A stretch of 64,000 nt of DNA from Eledone cirrhosa (Eukaryota): assembly GCA_964016885.1 (NCBI GenBank), contig OZ024741.1, forward strand, positions 1 through 64,000, read 5' to 3'. The notes under the pieces were generated by a model that was not told the DNA's origin, did no database searches, and saw nothing but the letters and a program-made list of their open reading frames with translations. Positions 56,801 through 57,182 of the stretch are shown here, one piece after another. Position 1 is the stretch's first letter. Every line of letters starts with the position of its first letter. Position numbers and translations under genes: made by a program.

Positions 56801-57182
56801 ACCAACACCAACAATAACACCAACAATAACAATAACACCAACACCAACAATAACACCAACAACAACAATAACATCAACAACAACAATAACACCAACACCA
56901 ACAATAACACCAACAATAACACCAACAATAACACCAACAATAACACCAACAATAACACCAACACCAACAATAACACCAACAACAACAATAACACCAACAC
57001 CAACAATAACACCAACACCAACAATAACACCAACAATAACACCAACAACAACAATAACATCAACAACAACAATAACCCCAACACCAACAATAACACCAAC
57101 AACAACAATAACATCAACAACAACAATAACACCAACACCAACAATAACACCAACAACAACAATAACACCAACAACACAATAA
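11826..57182 (+). CDS. Candidate internal segment of a giant mucin-like Pro/Thr/Ser/Ile (PTS) repeat domain, frame +3, about 15,100 codons with no true start
   Basis: The track ORF 21933..57182 (11,749 aa) reads ITPTTT/ITPTPT/ITSTTT/ITSTPT. By eye the frame is also stop-free upstream to the TAA at 11823-11825. The ATG at 21933 is only an ATA>ATG variant, and the final TAA results from a 1-bp deletion. Composition matches mucin PTS domains, but the repeat keeps this frame open by construction and no non-repeat domain is visible. Confidence 0.35.
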   Translation, partial: HQTTTITPTTTITPTPTITPTTTITSTTTITSTTTITSTTTITSTTTPTPTISPTTTITPTPTITPTTTITPTTTITPTITPTTTITSTTTPTPTITPTTTITPTPTITPTTTITPTTTITPTITPTTTITPTTTITPTTTITPATTITPTTTITPTTTITPTTTITPTTTITPTTTITPTTTITPRTTITTTTTITPTTTITPTTTITPTTTITPTITPTTTITPTTTITPTITPTPTITPTITITPTPTITPTTTIISTTTITPTTTITPTITPTTTITPTTTITPTITPTTTITPTTTITPTITPTPTITPTITITPTPTITPTTTITSTTTITPTPTITPTTTITSTTTITPAPTITPTITPTTTITSTTTITPTTTITPTITPTTTITSTTTPTPTITPTTTITPTPTITPTTTITPTTTITPTITPTTTITPTTTITPTTTITPATTITPTTTITQKTTITPTTTITPTTTITPTTTITPTTTITPTTTITPRTTITTTTTITPTTTITPTTTITPTTTITPTITPTTTITPTTTITPTITPTPTITPTITITPTPTITPTTTIISTTTITPTTTITPTITPTTTITPTTTITPTITPTTTITPTTTITPTITPTPTITPTTTITPTITPTPTITPTTTITPTTTITPTTTITPTPTITPTTTITPTPTITPTTPITPTPTITPTTTITPTTTLTPTTTITSTTAITPTPTITPTTPITPTPTITPTTIITPTITPTTTITPTTTITPTTTITPTTTPTTTITPTITPTPTITPTPTITPTTTITPTPTITPTTTITPTTTITPTPTITPTTTITSTTTITPTPTITPTTTITSTTTITPTPTITPTITPTTTITSTTTITPTPTITPTTTITPTTTITPTPTITPTPTIQPIPTITPTTTITSTTTITSTPTITPTTTITSTPTITPTTKITPTTTITPTPTITPTTTITSTTTITPTPTITPTTTITSTTTITPTPTITPTTTITPTTTITPTPTITPTPTITPTTTITPTTTITPTPTITPTPTITPTITPTTTITSTTTISSTPTITPTTTITSTPTITPTTTITPTTTITPTPTITSTTTITPTPTITPTTTITSTPTITPTTTITPTTTITSTPTITPTPTITPTTTITSTTTITSTPTITPTTTITSTPTITPTPTITPTTTITSTPTITPTTTITSTTTITPTPTITPTPTITPTTKITPTTTITSTPPITPTTAITSTPTITPTTTITPTTTITPTPTITSTTTITSTPTITPTTTITSTPTITPTTTITPTTTITPTITPTTTITPTTTITPTTTITPATTITPTTTITQTTTITPTTTITPTTTITPTTTITPTTTITPTTTITPTTTITPRTTITTTTTITPTTTITPTTTITPTTTITPTITPTTTITPTTTITPTITPTPTITPIITITPTPTITPTTTIISTTTITPTTTITPTITPTTTITPTTTITPTITPTTTITPTTTITPTITPTPTITPTTTITPTITPTPTITPTTTITPTTTITPTTTITPTPTITPTTTITPTPTITPTTPITPTPTITPTTTITPTTTLTPTTTITSTTAITPTPTITPTTPITPTPTITPTTIITPTITPTTTITPTTTITPTTTITPTTTPTTTITPTITPTPTITPTPTITPTTTITPTPTITPTTTITPTTTITPTPTITPTTTITSTTTITPTPTITPTTTITSTTTITPTPTITPTITPTTTITSTTTITPTPTITPTTTITPTTTITPTPTITPTPTIQPIPTITPTTTITSTTTITSTPTITPTTTITSTPTITPTTKITPTTTITPTPTITPTTTITSTTTITPTPTITPTTTITSTTTITPTPTITPTTTITPTTTITPTPTITPTPTITPTTTITPTTTITPTPTITPTPTITPTITPTTTITSTTTISSTPTITPTTTITSTPTITPTTTITPTTTITPTPTITSTTTITPTPTITPTTTITSTPTITPTTTITPTTTITSTPTITPTPTITPTTTITSTTTITSTPTITPTTTITSTPTITPTPTITPTTTITSTPTITPTTTITSTTTITPTPTITPTPTITPTTKITPTTTITSTPPITPTTTITSTPTITPTTTITPTTTITPTPTITSTTTITSTPTITPTTTITSTPTITPTTTITSTPTITPTPTITPTTTITSTPPITPTTTITPTPTITPTTTITSTPPITPTTTITSTPTITPTTTITSTPTITPTPTITPTPTITPTTTITPTPTITPTTTITSTPTITPTPTITPTTTITPTTTITPTTTITPTPTITPTATITPTITPTPTITPTTTITPTPTITPTPTITPTTTITSTPTITPTPTITPTTTITPTTTITPTPTITPTTTITPTITPTPTITPTTTITPTPTITPTPTITPTTTIKPTPTITPTTTITPTTTITPTPTITPTTTITPTITPTPTITPTTTITSTPTITPTPTITPTTTITPTTTITPTPTITPTTTITPTPTITPTTTITSTTTITTTITPTTTITPTTTITPTTTITTTPTITPTPTITPTTTITSTTTITSTTTITSTTTITSTTTITPTPTITPTTTITPTPTITPTTTITSTTTITTTITPTTTITPTTTITPTTTITPTTTITPTITPTPTITPTTTITPTPTITPTPTITRTTTIKPTPTITPTTTITPTTTITPTPTITPTTTITPTITPTPTITPTTTITSTPTITPTPTITPTTTITPTTTITPTPTISPTTTITPTPTITPTTTITPTTTITPTITPTTTITSTTTPTPTITPTTTITPTPTITPTTTITPTTTITPTITPTTTITPTTTITPTTTITPATTITPTTTITPTTTITPTTTITPTTTITPTTTITPTTTITPTTTITPRTTITTTTTITPTTTITPTTTITPTTTITPTITPTTTITPTTTITPTITPTPTITPTITITPTPTITPTTTIISTTTITPTTTITPTITPTTTITPTTTITPTITPTTTITPTTTITPTITPTPTITPTITITPTPTITPTTTITSTTTITPTPTITPTITPTITPTITPTPTITPTTTITPTPTITPTPTITPTITPTTTITSTTTITPTPTITPTTTITSTTTITPTPTITPTTTITSTTTITLTTTITPTTTITPTTTITPTTTITSTTTITPTPTITPTPTITPTTTITPTTTITPTTTITSTTTISSTTTITPTITPTTTITPTPTITPTPTITPTTTITPTPTITPTPTITPTTTITTTTTITSTTTPTPLITSTTTITPTPTITPTTTITPITTITPTTTITPTTTITPTITPTTTITSTPTITPTPTITPTPTITPTTTITPTTIITPTITPTTTITPTTTITPTTTITPTITPTPTITPTTTITPTMTPTPTITPTPTITPTTTITPTTTITSTTTITPAPTITPTITPTTTITSTTTITPTPTITPTTTITPTTTITPTPTITPTPTITPTPTITPTTTITSTTTITSTPTITPTTTITSTPTITPTTTITPTTTITPTPTITPPTTITSTTTITPTPTITPTTTITSTTTITPTPTITPTTTITPTTTITPTPTITPTPTITPTTTITPTTTITLTPTITPTPTITPTTTITSTPTITPTTTITPTPTITPTPTITPTITPTTTITSTTTITSTPTITPTTTITSTPTITPTTTITPTTTITPTPTITSTTTITPTTTITPTPTITPTPTITPTITPTTTITPTPTITPTPTITPTTTITPTPTITPTTTITSTTTITTTITPTTTITPTTTITPTTTITPTPTITPTTTITPTTTITPTPTITPTTTITPTTTITPTPTITPTTTITSTTTITSTTTITSTTTITSTTTPTPTISPTTTITPTPTITPTTTITPTITPTTTITSTTTPTPTITPTTTITPTPTITPTTTITPTTTITPTITPTTTITPTTTITPTTTITPATTITPTTTITPTTTITPTTTITPTTTITPTTTITPTTTITPTTTITPRTTITTTTTITPTTTITPTTTITPTTTITPTITPTTTITPTTTITPTITPTPTITPTITITPTPTITPTTTIISTTTITPTTTITPTIKPTTTITPTTTITPTITPTTTITPTTTITPTITPTPTITPTITITPTPTITPTTTITSTTTITPTPTITPTTTITSTTTITPAPTITPTITPTTTITSTTTITPTTTITPTITPTTTITSTTTPTPTITPTTTITPTPTITPTTTITPTTTITPTITPTTTITPTTTITPTTTITPATTITPTTTITPTTTITPTTTITPTTTITPTTTITPTTTITPTTTITPTTTITPRTTITTTTTITPTTTITPTTTITPTTTITPTITPTTTITPTTTITPTITPTPTTTPTITITPTPTITPTTTIISTTTITPTTTITPTITPTTTITPTTTITPTITPTTTITPTTTITPTITPTPTITPTITITPTPTITPTTTITSTTTITPTPTITPTTTITSTTTITPAPTITPTITPTTTITSTTTITPTPTITPTTTITPTTTITPTPTITPTPTITPTPTITPTTTITSTTTITSTPTITPTTTITSTPTITPTTTITPTTTITPTPTITPTTTITSTTTITPTPTITPTTTITSTTTITPTPTITPTTTITPTTTITPTPTITPTPTITPTTTITPTTTITLTPTITPTPTITPTTTITSTPTITPTTTITPTPTITPTPTITPTITPTTTITSTTTITSTPTITPTTTITSTPTITPTTTITPTTTITPTPTITSTTTITPTTTITPTPTITPTPTITPTITPTTTITPTPTITPTPTITPTTTITPTPTITPTTTITSTTTITTTITPTTTKTPTTTITPTTTITPTPTITPTTTITPTTTITPTPTITPTTTITPTTTITPTPTITPTTTITSTTTITSTTTITSTTTITSTTTPTPTISPTTTITPTPTITPTTTITPTTTITPTITPTTTITSTTTPTPTITPTTTITPTPTITPTTTITPTTTITPTITPTTTITPTTTITPTTTITPATTITPTTTITPTTTITPTTTITPTTTITPTTTITPTTTITPTTTITPTTTITPRTTITTTTTITPTTTITPTTTITPTTTITPTITPTTTITPTTTITPTITPTPTITPTITITPTPTITPTTTIISTTTITPTTTITPTITPTTTITPTTTITPTITPTTTITPTTTITPTITPTPTITPTITITPTPTITPTTTITSTTTITPTPTITPTITPTITPTITPTITPTPTITPTTTITPTPTIPPTPTITPTITPTTTITSTTTITPTPTITPTTTITSTTTITPTPTITPTTTITSTTTITLTTTITPTTTITPTTTITPTTTITSTTTITPTPTITPTPTITPTTTVTPTTTITPTTTITSTTTITSTTTITPTITPTTTITPTPTITPTPTITPTPTITPTTTITQTPTITPTTTITSTTTITPTPTITPTTTITSTTTITPAPTITPTITPTTTITSTTTITPTPTITPTTTITPTTTITPTPTITPTPTITPTPTITPTTTITSTTTITSTPTITPTTTITSTPTITPTTTITPTTTITPTPTITPTTTITSTTTITPTPTITPTTTITSTTTITPTPIITPTTTITPTTTITPTPTITPTPTITPTTTITPTTTITLTPTITPTPTITPTTTITSTPTITPTTTITPTPTITPTPTITPTITPTTTITSTTTITSTPTITPTTTITSTPTITPTTTITPTTTITPTPTITSTTTITPTTTITPTPTITPTPTITPTITPTTTITPTPTITPTPTITPTTTITPTTTITPTPTITPTTTITPTTTITPTPTITPTTTITSTTTITSTTTITSTTTITSTTTPTPTISPTTTITPTPTITPTTTITPTTTITPTITPTTTITSTTTPTPTITPTTTITPTPTITPTTTITPTTTITPTITPTTTITPTTTITPTTTITPATTITPTTTITPTTTITPTTTITPTTTITPTTTITTTTTITPTTTITPTTTITPRTTITTTTTITPTTTITPTTTITPTTTITPTITPTTTITPTTTITPTITPTPTITPTITITPTPTITPTTTIISTTTITPTTTITPTITPTKTITPTTTITPTITPTTTITPTTTITPTITPTPTITPTITITPTPTITPTTTITSTTTITPTPTITPTITPTITPTITPTITPTPTITPTTTITPTPTITPTPTITPTITPTTTITSTTTITPTPTITPTTTITSTTTITPTPTITPTTTITSTTTITLTTTITPTTTITPTTTITPTTTITSTPTITPTTTITPTTTITPTTTITSTTTITSTTITPTITPTTTITPTPTITPTPTITPTTTITPTPTITPTPTITPTTTITTTTTITSTTTPTPLITSTTTITPTPTITPTTTITPITTITPTTTITPTTTITPTITPTTTITPTPTITPTPTITPTPTITPTTTITPTTIITPTITPTTTITPTTTITPTTTITPTTTITPTITPTPTITPTTTITPTITPTPTITPTPTITPTTTITPTTTITPTPTITPTTTITSTTTITPTPTITPTTTITSTTTITPTPTITPTITPTTTITSTTTITPTPTITPTTTITPTTTITPTPTITPTPTITPTPTITPTTTITSTTTITSTPTITPTTTITSTPTITPTTTITPTTTITPTTTITPTTTITSTTTITPTPTITPTTTITSTTTITPTPTITPTTTITPTTTITPTPTITPTPTITPTTTITPTTTITLTPTITPTPTITPTTTITSTPTITPTTTITPTPTITPTPTITPTITPTTTITSTTTITSTPTITPTTTITSTPTITPTTTITPTTTITPTPTITSTTTITPTTTITSTTTITPTTTITPTTTITPTPTITPTPTITPTTTITPTTTITPTSTITPTPTITSTTTITPTPTITPTPTITPTTTITPTTTITPTSTITPTPTITSTTTITPTPTITPTPTITPTTTITPTTTITPTSTITSTTTITSTPTITPTTTITLTPTITPTPTITPTTTITPTTTITTTTTITSTTTITSTTIITPTITPTTTITPTTTITPTTTITPTTTITSTTTITPTPTITPTPTITPTTTITPTTTITSTPPITPTTTITSTPTITPTTTITPTTTITPTPTITSTTTITSTPTITPTTTITLTPTITPTPTITPTTTITSTPTITPTTTITSTPTITPTPTITPTTTITPTTTITPTTTITPTTTITPTTTITPTTTITSTTTITSTTTITPTTTITPTIIPTTTITPTTTITPTPTITPTPTITPTTTITPTTTITPTTTITPTATITPTPTITPTTTITSTPTITPTTTITPTTTITPTTTITPTTTITPTTTITPTTTITSTTTITSTTIITPTITPTTTITPTTTITPTTTITPTTTITPTITPTPTITPTTTITPTITPTPTITPTTTITPTTTITPTTTITPTPTITPTTTITPTPKITPTTPITPTPTITPTTTITPTTTLTPTTTITSTTTITPTPTITPTTPITPTPTITPTTIITPTITPTTTITPTTTITPTTTITPTTTITRTITPTTTITPTITPTPTITPTPTITPTTTITPTPTITPTTTIAPTTTITPTPTITPTTTITSTTTITPTPTITPTTTITSTTTITPTPTITPTITPTTTITSTTTITPTITPTTTITPTTTITPTPTITPTPTITPTPTITPTTTITSTTTITSTPTITPTTTITSTPTITPTTTITPTTTITPTPTITPTTTITSTTTITSTPTITPTTTITSTTTITPTPTITPTTTITPTTTITPTPTITPTPTITPTTTITPTTTITPTPTITPTPTLTPTITPTTTITSTTTITSTPTITPTTTITSTPTITPTTTITPTTTITPTTTITPTITPTTTITPTTTITPTPTITPTPTITPTTTITPTTTITPTTTITPTPTITPTPTITPTPTITPTTTITPTTTITPTTTITSTTTITSTTIITPTITPTTTITPTTTITPTTTITPTTTITPTPTITPTPTITPTPTITPTTTITSTPTITSTPTITPTTTITSTPTITPTTTITPTPTITPTTTITSTTTITSTPTITPTTTITSTTTITPTPTITPTTTITPTTTITPTPTITPTPTITPTTTITPTTTITPTPTITPTPTLTPTITPTTTITSTTTITSTPTITPTTTITSTPTITPTTTITPTTTITPTPPITSTTTITPTITPTTTITSTTTITSTPTITPTTTITSTPTITPTPTITPTTTITSTTTITSTPTITPTTTITSTPTITPTPTITPTTTITSTPTITPTTTITSTTTITPTPTITPTPTITPTTTITPTTTITSTPPITPTTTITSTTIITPTITPTTTITPTTTITPTTRISPTITPTPTITPTTTITPTITPTPTITPTTTITPTTTITPTTTITPTPTITPTTTITPTPTITPTTPITPTPTITPTTTITPTTTLTPTTTITSTTTITPTPTITPTTPITPTPTITPTTIITPTITPTTTITPTTTITPTTTITPTTTITPTITPTTTITPTITPTPTITPTPTITPTTTITPTPTITPTTTITPTTTITPTPTITPTTTITSTTTITPTPTITPTTTITSTTTITPTPTITPTITPTTTITSTTTITPTPTITPTTTITPTTTITPTPTITPTPTITPTPTITPTTTITSTTTITSTPTITPTTTITSIPTITPTTTITPTTTITPAPTITPTTTITSTTTITPTPTITPTTTITSTTTITPTPTITPTTTITPTTTITPTPTITPTPTITPTTTITPTTTIIPTPTITPTPTITPTITPTTTITSTTTITSTPTITPTTTIRSTPTITPTTTITPTTTITPTPTITSTTTITPTTTITSTTTIIPTTTITPTTTITPTPTITPTPTITPTITPTTTITSTTTITSTPTITPTTTITSTPTITPTTTITSTTTITPTPTITPTITPTTTITSTTTITPTITPTTTITPTTTITPTPTITPTPTITPTPTITPTTTITSTPTITSTPTITPTTTITSTPTITPTTTITPTPTITPTTTITSTTTITSTPTITPTTTITSTTTITPTPTITPTTTITPTTTITPTPTITPTPTITPTTTITPTTTITPTPTITPTPTLTPTITPTTTITSTTTITSTPTITPTTTITSTPTITPTTTITPTTTITPTPPITSTTTITPTITPTTTITSTTTITSTPTITPTTTITSTPTITPTPTITPTTTITSTTTITSTPTITPTTTITSTPTITPTPTITPTTTITSTPTITPTTTITSTTTITPTPTITPTPTITPTTTITPTTTITSTPPITPTTTITSTTIITPTITPTTTITPTTTITPTTRISPAITPTPTITPTTTITPTITPTPTITPTTTITPTTTITPTTTITPTPTITPTTTITPTPTITPTTPITPTPTITPTTTITPTTTLTPTTTITSTTTITPTPTITPTTPITPTPTITPTTIITPTITPTTTITPTTTITPTTTITPTTTITPTITPTTTITPTITPTPTITPTPTITPTTTITPTPTITPTTTITPTTTITPTPTITPTTTITSTTTITPTPTITPTTTITSTTTITPTPTITPTITPTTTITSTTTITPTPTITPTTTITPTTTITPTPTITPTPTITPTPTITPTTTITSTTTITSTPTITPTTTITSTPTITPTTTITPTTTITPAPTITPTTTITSTTTITPTPTITPTTTITSTTTITPTPTITPTTTITPTTTITPTPTITPTPTITPTTTITPTTTITPTPTITPTPTITPTITPTTTITSTTTITSTPTITPTTTITSTPTITPTTTITPTTTITPTPTITSTTTITPTTTITSTTTIIPTTTITPTTTITPTPTITPTPTITPTITPTTTITSTTTITSTPTITPTTTITSTPTITPTTTITPTTTITSTPTITPTPTITPTTTITSTTTITSTPTITPTTTITSTPTITPTPTITPTTTITSTPTITPTTTITSTTTITPTPTITPAPTITPTTKITPTTTITSTPPITPTTTITSTPTITPTTTITPTTTITPTPTITSTTTITSTPTITPTTTITSTPTITPTPTITPTTTITSTPTITPTPTITPTTTITSTPPITPTTTITSTPTITPTTTITSTPTITPTTTITPTPTITPTTTIIPTTTITPTPTITLTPTITPTITPTPTITPTTITPTTTITPTTTITPTTTITSTTTITSTTTITPTITPTPTITLTTTITPTPIITPTTTITPTPTITPTPTITPTTTITPTPTITPTTTITSTPTITPTPTITPTTTITPTTTITPTTTITPTPTITPTTTITPTITPTPTITPTTTITPTPTITPTPTITPTTTITSTPTITPTPTITPTTTITPTTTITPTPTITPTTTITPTITPTPTITPTTTITPTPTITPTPTITPTTTITPTPTITPTTTITPTTTITPTPTITPTTTITPTITPTPTITPTPTITPTTTITSTPTITPTPTITPTTTITPTTTITPTPTITPTPTITPTITPTPTITPTTTITPTPTITPTPTITPTTTITPTPTITPTTTITSTTTITTTITPTTTITPTTTITPTTTITPTPTITPTTTITSTTTITSTTTITSTTTITSTTTPTPTISPTTTITPTPTITPTTTITPTTTITPTITPTTTITSTTTPTPTITPTTTITPTPTITPTTTITQTTTITPTITPTTTITPTTTITPTTTITPTTTITPTTTITPTTTITPTTTITPTTTITPRTTITPTTTITPTTTITPTTTITPRTTITTTTTITPTITPTTTITPTTTITPTITPTTTITPTTTITPTITPTPTITPTITITPTPTITPTTTITSTTTITPTPTITPTITPTITPTITPTITPTPTITPTTTITPTPTITPTPTITPTITPTTTITSTTTITPTPTITPTTTITSTTTITPTPTITPTTTITSTTTITPTTTITPTTTITPTSTITPTTTITSTTTITPTPTITPTPTITPTTTITPTTTITPTTTITSTTTITSTTTITPTITPTTTITPTPTITPTPTITPTTTITPTPTITPTPTITPTTTITTTTTITSTTTPTPLITSTTTITPTPTITPTTTITPITTITPTTTITPTTTITPTITPTTTITSAPTITPTPTITPTPTITPTTTITPTTTITPTTTITSTTITPTTTITPTITPTITPTTTITPTTTITPTTTITPTTTITSTPPITPTTTITSTPTITPTTTITPTTTITSTTTITSTPTITPTTTITSTPTITPTPTITPTTTITSTPTITPTTTITSTTTITPTPTITPTPTITPTTKITPTTTITSTPPITPTTTITSTPTITPTTTITPTTTITPTPTITSTTTITSTPTITPTTTITSTPTITPTPTITPTTTITSTPTITPTPTITPTTTITSTPPITPTTTITSTPTITPTTTITSTPTITPTTTITPTPTITPTTTIIPTTTITPTPTITLTPTITPTITPTPTITPTTITPTTTITPTTTITPTTTITSTTTITSTTTITPTITPTPTITLTTTITPTPIITPTTTITPTPTITPTPTITPTTTITPTPTITPTTTITSTPTITPTPTITPTTTITPTTTITPTTTITPTPTITPTTTITPTITPTPTITPTTTITPTPTITPTPTITPTTTITSTPTITPTPTITPTTTITPTTTITPTPTITPTTTITPTITPTPTITPTTTITPTPTITPTPTITPTITPTTTITSTTTITPTPTITPTTTITSTTTITPTPTITPTTTITSTTTITPTTTITPTTTITPTSTITPTTTITSTTTITPTPTITPTPTITPTTTITPTTTITPTTTITSTTTITSTTTITPTITPTTTITPTPTITPTPTITPTTTITPTPTITPTPTITPTTTITTTTTITSTTTPTPLITSTTTITPTPTITPTTTITPITTITPTTTITPTTTITPTITPTTTITSAPTITPTPTITPTPTITPTTTITPTTTITPTTTITSTTITPTTTITPTITPTITPTTTITPTTTITPTTTITPTTTITSTPPITPTTTITSTPTITPTTTITPTTTITSTTTITSTPTITPTTTITSTPTITPTPTITPTTTITSTPTITPTTTITSTTTITPTPTITPTPTITPTTKITPTTTITSTPPITPTTTITSTPTITPTTTITPTTTITPTPTITSTTTITSTPTITPTTTITSTPTITPTPTITPTTTITSTPTITPTPTITPTTTITSTPPITPTTTITSTPTITPTTTITSTPTITPTTTITPTPTITPTTTIIPTTTITPTPTITLTPTITPTITPTPTITPTTITPTTTITPTTTITPTTTITSTTTITSTTTITPTITPTPTITLTTTITPTPIITPTTTITPTPTITPTPTITPTTTITPTPTITPTTTITSTPTITPTPTITPTTTITPTTTITPTTTITPTPTITPTTTITPTITPTPTITPTTTITPTPTITPTPTITPTTTITSTPTITPTPTITPTTTITPTTTITPTPTITPTTTITPTITPTPTITPTTTITPTPTITPTPTITPTTTITPTPTITPTTTITPTPTITPTTTITSTTTITTTITPTTTITPTTTITPTPTITPTPTITPTTTITSTTTITSTTTITSTTTITSTTTPTPTISPTTTITPTPTITPTTTITPTTTITPTITPTTTITSTTTPTPTITPTTTITPTPTITPTTTITQTTTITPTITPTTTITPTTTITPTTTITPTTTITPTTTITPTTTITPTTTITPTTTITPRTTITPTTTITPTTTITPTTTITPRTTITTTTTITPTITPTTTITPTTTITPTITPTTTITPTTTITPTITPTPTITPTITITPTRTITPTTTITSTTTITPTPTITPTITPTITPTITPTITPTPTITPTTTITPTPTITPTPTITPTITPTTTITSTTTITPTPTITPTTTITSTTTITPTPTITPTTTITSTTTITPTTTITPTTTITPTSTITPTTTITSTTTITPTPTITPTPTITPTTTITPTTTITPTTTITSTTTITSTTTITPTITPTTTITPTPTITPTPTITPTTTITPTPTITPTPTITPTTTITTTTTITSTTTPTPLITSTTTITPTPTITPTTSITPITTITPTTTITPTTTITPTITPTTTITSAPTITPTPTITPTPTITPTTTITPTTTITPTTTITSTTITPTTTITPTITPTITPTTTITPTTTITPTTTITPTTTITSTPPITPTTTITSTPTITPTTTITPTTTITSTTTITSTPTITPTTTITSTPTITPTPTITPTTTITSTPTITPTTTITSTTTITPTPTITPTPTITPTTKITPTTTITSTPPITPTTTITSTPTITPTTTITPTTTITPTPTITSTTTITSTPTITPTTTITSTPTITPTPTITPTTTITSTPTITPTPTITPTTTITSTPPITPTTTITSTPTITPTTTITSTPTITPTTTITPTPTITPTTTIIPTTTITPTPTITLTPTITPTITPTPTITPTTITPTTTITPTTTITPTTTITSTTTITSTTTITPTITPTPTITLTTTITPTPIITPTTTITPTPTITPTPTITPTTTITPTPTITPTTTITSTPTITPTPTITPTTTITPTTTITPTTTITPTPTITPTTTITPTITPTPTITPTTTITPTPTITPTPTITPTTTITSTPTITPTPTITPTTTITPTTTITPTPTITPTTTITPTITPTPTITPTTTITPTPTITPTPTITPTTTITPTPTITPTTTITPTTTITPTPTITPTTTITPTITPTPTITPTPTITPTTTITSTPTITPTPTITPTTTITPTTTITPTPTITPTPTITPTITPTPTITPTTTITPTPTITPTPTITPTTTITPTPTITPTTTITSTTTITTTITPTTTITPTTTITPTPTITPTPTITPTTTITSTTTITSTTTITSTTTITSTTTPTPTISPTTTITPTPTITPTTTITPTTTITPTITPTTTITSTTTPTPTITPTTTITPTPTITPTTTITQTTTITPTITPTTTITPTTTITPTTTITPTTTITPTTTITPTTTITPTTTITPTTTITPRTTITPTTTITPTTTITPTTTITPRTTITTTTTITPTTTITPTITPTTTITPTTTITPTITPTPTITPTITITPTPTITPTTTITSTTTITPTPTITPTITPTITPTITPTITPTPTITPTTTITPTPTITPTPTITPTITPTTTITSTTTITPTPTITPTTTITSTTTITPTPTITPTTTITSTTTITPTTTITPTTTITPTSTITPTTTITSTTTITPTPTITPTPTITPTTTITPTTTITPTTTITSTTTITSTTTITPTITPTTTITPTPTITPTPTITPTTTITPTPTITPTPTITPTTTITTTTTITSTTTPTPLITSTTTITPTPTITPTTTITPITTITPTTTITPTTTITPTITPTTTITSAPTITPTPTITPTPTITPTTTITPTTTITPTTTITSTTITPTTTITPTITPTITPTTTITPTTTITPTTTITPTTTITPTTTITPTTTITPTTTITTTTTITSTTTITSTTTITPTPTITPTPTITPTPTITPTPTITPTPTITPTTTITSTTTITPTPTITPTPTITPTPTITPTPTITPIPTITPTTTITPTTTITPTTTITPTTTITSTTTITSTTTITPTTTITPTITPTTTITPTTTITPTPTITPTPTITPTTTIKPTTTITPTTTIRPTPTITPTPTITPTPTITPTTTITPTPTITPTPTITPTTTITPTPTITPTPTIAPTTTITPTTTITPTTTITPTPTITPTTTITPTPTITPTTTITPTTTITSTTIITSTTTITSTTTPTPTIIPTTTITPTPTITPTPTITPTTTITPTTTITPTTIITSTTITPTITPTITPTTTITPTITPTTTITPTTTITSTTITPTITPTSTITPTTTITPTTTITPTTTITPTTTITTTTTITPTTTITPTTTITPTTTITPTTTITPTTTITPTTTITPTTTITPTITPTTTITPTTTITPTITPTPTITPTITITPTPTITPTTTIISTTTITPTTTITPTITPTTTITPTTTIAPTIRPTTTITPTTTITPTITPTPTITPTITITPTPTITPTTTITSTTTITPTPTITPTITPTITPTITPTITPTPTITPTTTITPTPTITPTPTITPTITPTTTITSTTTITPTPTITPTTTITSTTTITPTPTITPTTTITPTTQ
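13050..18260. repeat. Tandem duplication with 2610-bp period; much of it is also present at ~5460-7450
   Basis: The marker ATACAACCAATACC occurs at 6305, 14511 and 17121, each followed by CATCGAC and AATATCATC. Shadow ORF boundaries at 6827, 15033 and 17643 give offsets of 8206 and 2610. Confidence 0.9.
22000..32250. repeat. Higher-order repeat of about 3 kb (periods 3180, 2928, 3261 bp) with a nested ~950-bp duplication
   Basis: TTAACACC (ITLTPT) marker at 22563, 25743, 28671 and 31932. ACGATAAC at ~23060 and ~26240. The G of the AGA (ITPRTTITTTTT) marker falls at 20449, 23749, 24703, 26965 and 29737. Confidence 0.85.
32270..32650. repeat. 126-bp (7 x 18 bp) tandem repeat, about 3 copies
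   Basis: The rare unit ATAACACCAACATCAACA (ITPTST) has its variant T at 32382, 32508 and 32634. Confidence 0.85.
35640..41369. repeat. Near-tandem duplication with 2910-bp period (35640-38459 = 38550-41369)
   Basis: AGAATATCACC at 36771 and 39681. Shadow ORF boundary pairs 36216/39126, 38160/41070 and 38269/41179 all differ by 2910. Confidence 0.92.
41420..55100. repeat. Tandem higher-order block: about 3.9-kb unit with internally deleted copies (periods 3882, 2454, 3552, then ~3852 bp)
   Basis: CCTACAACAATAAC boundaries at 42175, 46057, 48511 and 52063. TTK marker at ~41648, 45530, 47984 and 51536. ACACCTCTAAT at ~44846, 47300, 50852 and 54704. Matching shadow ORF pairs of 217, 672 and 402 aa. 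Confidence 0.92.
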